Below the pieces are notes generated by a model. It was not told where the DNA came from. It made no database searches and saw nothing but the letters and a program-made list of their open reading frames with translations. From Flavobacteriales bacterium (GTDB lineage: Bacteria; Bacteroidota; Bacteroidia; CAIKAF01), in contig JANWWQ010000005.1 of the NCBI GenBank assembly GCA_025055635.1, forward strand, positions 16,299-80,298: a stretch of DNA of 64,000 nt, in the 5' to 3' direction. Below are positions 62,455 to 64,000 of this stretch, piece by piece (the stretch's first letter is position 1; each line of letters starts with the position of its first letter). The translations under genes and the position numbers were made by a program.

Positions 62455-64000
62455 ATGAATCTTCGTAGACTTTTCTTATATTTTATTCTATCTTCCTTTT
62501 GTATTCTGCCCCTCAGGAGCCAGGATCCCCGCGAAAAAGAGATGACCTCCTGGGATCGGGTGGAGCACCTCCTTGAGCAAGGCCGCCCTGCCTCGGCACT
62601 TCCCTTAGCCGAAAGTCTGTTGCGCTCCGCCAAGGCCCGAGGCCATACGGCCGATGTGGTGAAAGCTTTGTTTTATGTTTTCCGGTGCAAGGAAGAATTC
62701 ACTGAGGATTCCTACCTGGAATTCCTGCGCATCATAGATCAGGAAATCGCTTCGGCTCCTGAACCCCTGCGCCAGCTTCTCTGGAGCGTGAGAGCCCAGC
62801 TCCTATATACCTACTTCAGGGATTTCCTCTGGCAGATCAAAAGTCGCTCTCCACTGGCCGATACCATCCAAAAGGATATACGATTCTGGGATGAAAGGCG
62901 CTTTAGAAGCGAAGTGTACCGCAACTTATGGAACTCCCTCCAAAATCCTACTCTTCTGAAGCAAGTGCCGCAGGAGAAGGTTCAAGAACTCCTCACCGGG
63001 GATAAACAATTGTTTTACATCTATCCGACGCTTTACGATTTTCTGGCTTTCAGGGCGCTGGATTTTCTCCTCGGAACCGATGCCCCGAGCGAAGACGACA
63101 TTGAACAGATATCTCTGGCAAATCCACGGCTTTGGGGCCCTTCAGAAGAGTTTTTACAAGTGCCTCTGCCAGAATCAGGATCAAATTCTCCTATTAATGC
63201 GGCTTTTTTATTGCTAAAAGAACTAACGGCCTTCCATCTCCGATCTGCCAATCTGAATGCTCTGACAGCGGTAGACTTAAAAAGATTTAAATTTTTGAAC
63301 AAATACGGAACCATGGCTCGAAAGCCCTGGTACTATAAACAAGCCTTGACGCGCATCATAACAGCCCGGCCCACAATACTCCATACGGCGGAAGTAGGCT
63401 TTGAACTAGCTGCATGGTATCAGACTCATGGCCAATCCTGGAAGCCTGCATTTAACAAGGCTCCCGATTCCACGGCTTTTTACCTGTATAATGCGGGGGA
63501 GGTTTGCCGAAAAGTGATAAAAGCGTTCCCTAAAAGTCCAGGAGCTAAAAAATGTAAAAATTTACTTGAGCAAATCCTGGATAGTCATCTGAATCTGGTA
63601 ATACCTAGCCACACGCGCCAGGGTAAGCCTACGTTGGCATGCCTTCAATATAAAAACCTCACCCAATGCGTGGTGACAGTGTTGTCCTGCCGCCCCGAAG
63701 AGTATGACAAATTTTACCAGGACGACAACCCTTATGATAGAAACCGAGTATTGCGCTTTCTTTCCGGCCTGCGCTCAGTGCACAGAATAGACCTGGCTCT
63801 GCCCAAGGACACTTTAATGCATTCCCATGCCACCTATTTCAAGATTCCCCCTTTGGAACCAGGTTATTATATTATTGTGTGCGCTCAAGGTTCTGACCCC
63901 CTGCCGCAGGATCGCTCGCTGGGCTTTTGCTACAAGCCCATTATAAGCTCTGATGTGGTGTGGTTTTCCGAAAAATGGAAGCAAGCCATCCGAATTGGTG
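62455..64000 (+). CDS. large secreted protein, probably alpha-2-macroglobulin family (N-terminal 515 codons; runs off the right edge)
   Basis: Absent from the ORF track because there is no stop in the window. My translation from ATG 62455 gives MNLRRLFLYFILSSFCILPLRSQDPREKEMTSWDRVEHLLEQGRPASALPLAESLLRSAKARGHTADVVKALFYVFRCK..., open to position 64000. The N-terminal helical region resembles Bacteroidota A2M-like proteins as I recall them. Confidence 0.45.
   Translation, partial: MNLRRLFLYFILSSFCILPLRSQDPREKEMTSWDRVEHLLEQGRPASALPLAESLLRSAKARGHTADVVKALFYVFRCKEEFTEDSYLEFLRIIDQEIASAPEPLRQLLWSVRAQLLYTYFRDFLWQIKSRSPLADTIQKDIRFWDERRFRSEVYRNLWNSLQNPTLLKQVPQEKVQELLTGDKQLFYIYPTLYDFLAFRALDFLLGTDAPSEDDIEQISLANPRLWGPSEEFLQVPLPESGSNSPINAAFLLLKELTAFHLRSANLNALTAVDLKRFKFLNKYGTMARKPWYYKQALTRIITARPTILHTAEVGFELAAWYQTHGQSWKPAFNKAPDSTAFYLYNAGEVCRKVIKAFPKSPGAKKCKNLLEQILDSHLNLVIPSHTRQGKPTLACLQYKNLTQCVVTVLSCRPEEYDKFYQDDNPYDRNRVLRFLSGLRSVHRIDLALPKDTLMHSHATYFKIPPLEPGYYIIVCAQGSDPLPQDRSLGFCYKPIISSDVVWFSEKWKQAIRIG

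Noticed and set aside
1-64000. Searched by eye for CRISPR arrays, tRNA/rRNA/tmRNA genes, transposases, integrases, toxin-antitoxin pairs and classical defence genes (restriction enzymes, helicase-nuclease pairs, reverse transcriptases)
   Set aside because: I found no regularly spaced direct repeats, no tRNA T-arm or acceptor signatures, and no proteins with transposase, integrase, nuclease-helicase or RT motifs. Absence by eye is not proof; tRNAscan, Infernal and defence-system HMM scans should confirm.

Overview
This 64-kb chromosomal segment reads as Bacteroidota. Three proteins end in T9SS type-A C-terminal sorting domains. TAnnTTTG -7 promoter boxes, often the octamer TACTTTTG, recur 4-70 nt upstream of start codons. 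rpoN, TonB, GSCFA and DUF5686-type genes are also present. I count about 58 densely packed protein-coding genes.

Housekeeping genes: valS (partial at the left edge, missing from the ORF track), rpoN, dnaK, hutU, tlyA, pepA, pdxA, pheT, rsgA, a DAHP synthase/chorismate mutase fusion, and ctaB-ctaE. Envelope, transport and scavenging genes: a sodium:solute symporter, a CPA2 antiporter, a four-gene TatT-type TRAP transporter, T9SS-sorted PhoD and PPAD-like deiminase, a metallophosphoesterase, glycosyltransferases, and several beta-barrel or lipoprotein genes of unknown function. I recognised no rRNA, tRNA, CRISPR array, transposase or integrase.

Best candidates for something undescribed:
1. A translationally coupled five-gene operon at 55829-59634: a DarB/StlD-like ketosynthase, a hotdog dehydratase, a small HTH-like protein, a BtrH-N/DUF4872-like Cys protein and an ABC ATPase without a permease.
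2. A coupled trio at 18131-22304: a FabZ-like dehydratase, a GT2+DUF2062 membrane transferase and a DUF5686 outer-membrane protein. It looks like a detached piece of an aryl-polyene/flexirubin-type toolkit.
3. An AT-rich islet at 33608-35704 with an endolysin-like M15 peptidase, a YkuK RNase-H-like protein and 781 bp of apparently non-coding DNA.

Other oddities: a decayed NarL-type response regulator, an intrinsic terminator inside a signal-peptide coding region, a C8 tract in a giant orphan histidine kinase, and a hydrolase with Gly at the nucleophile position.

All functional calls rest on motif and family recognition by eye; no searches were run. Coordinates of non-CDS features were anchored to ORF-track starts and stops but could be off by 1-2 nt.
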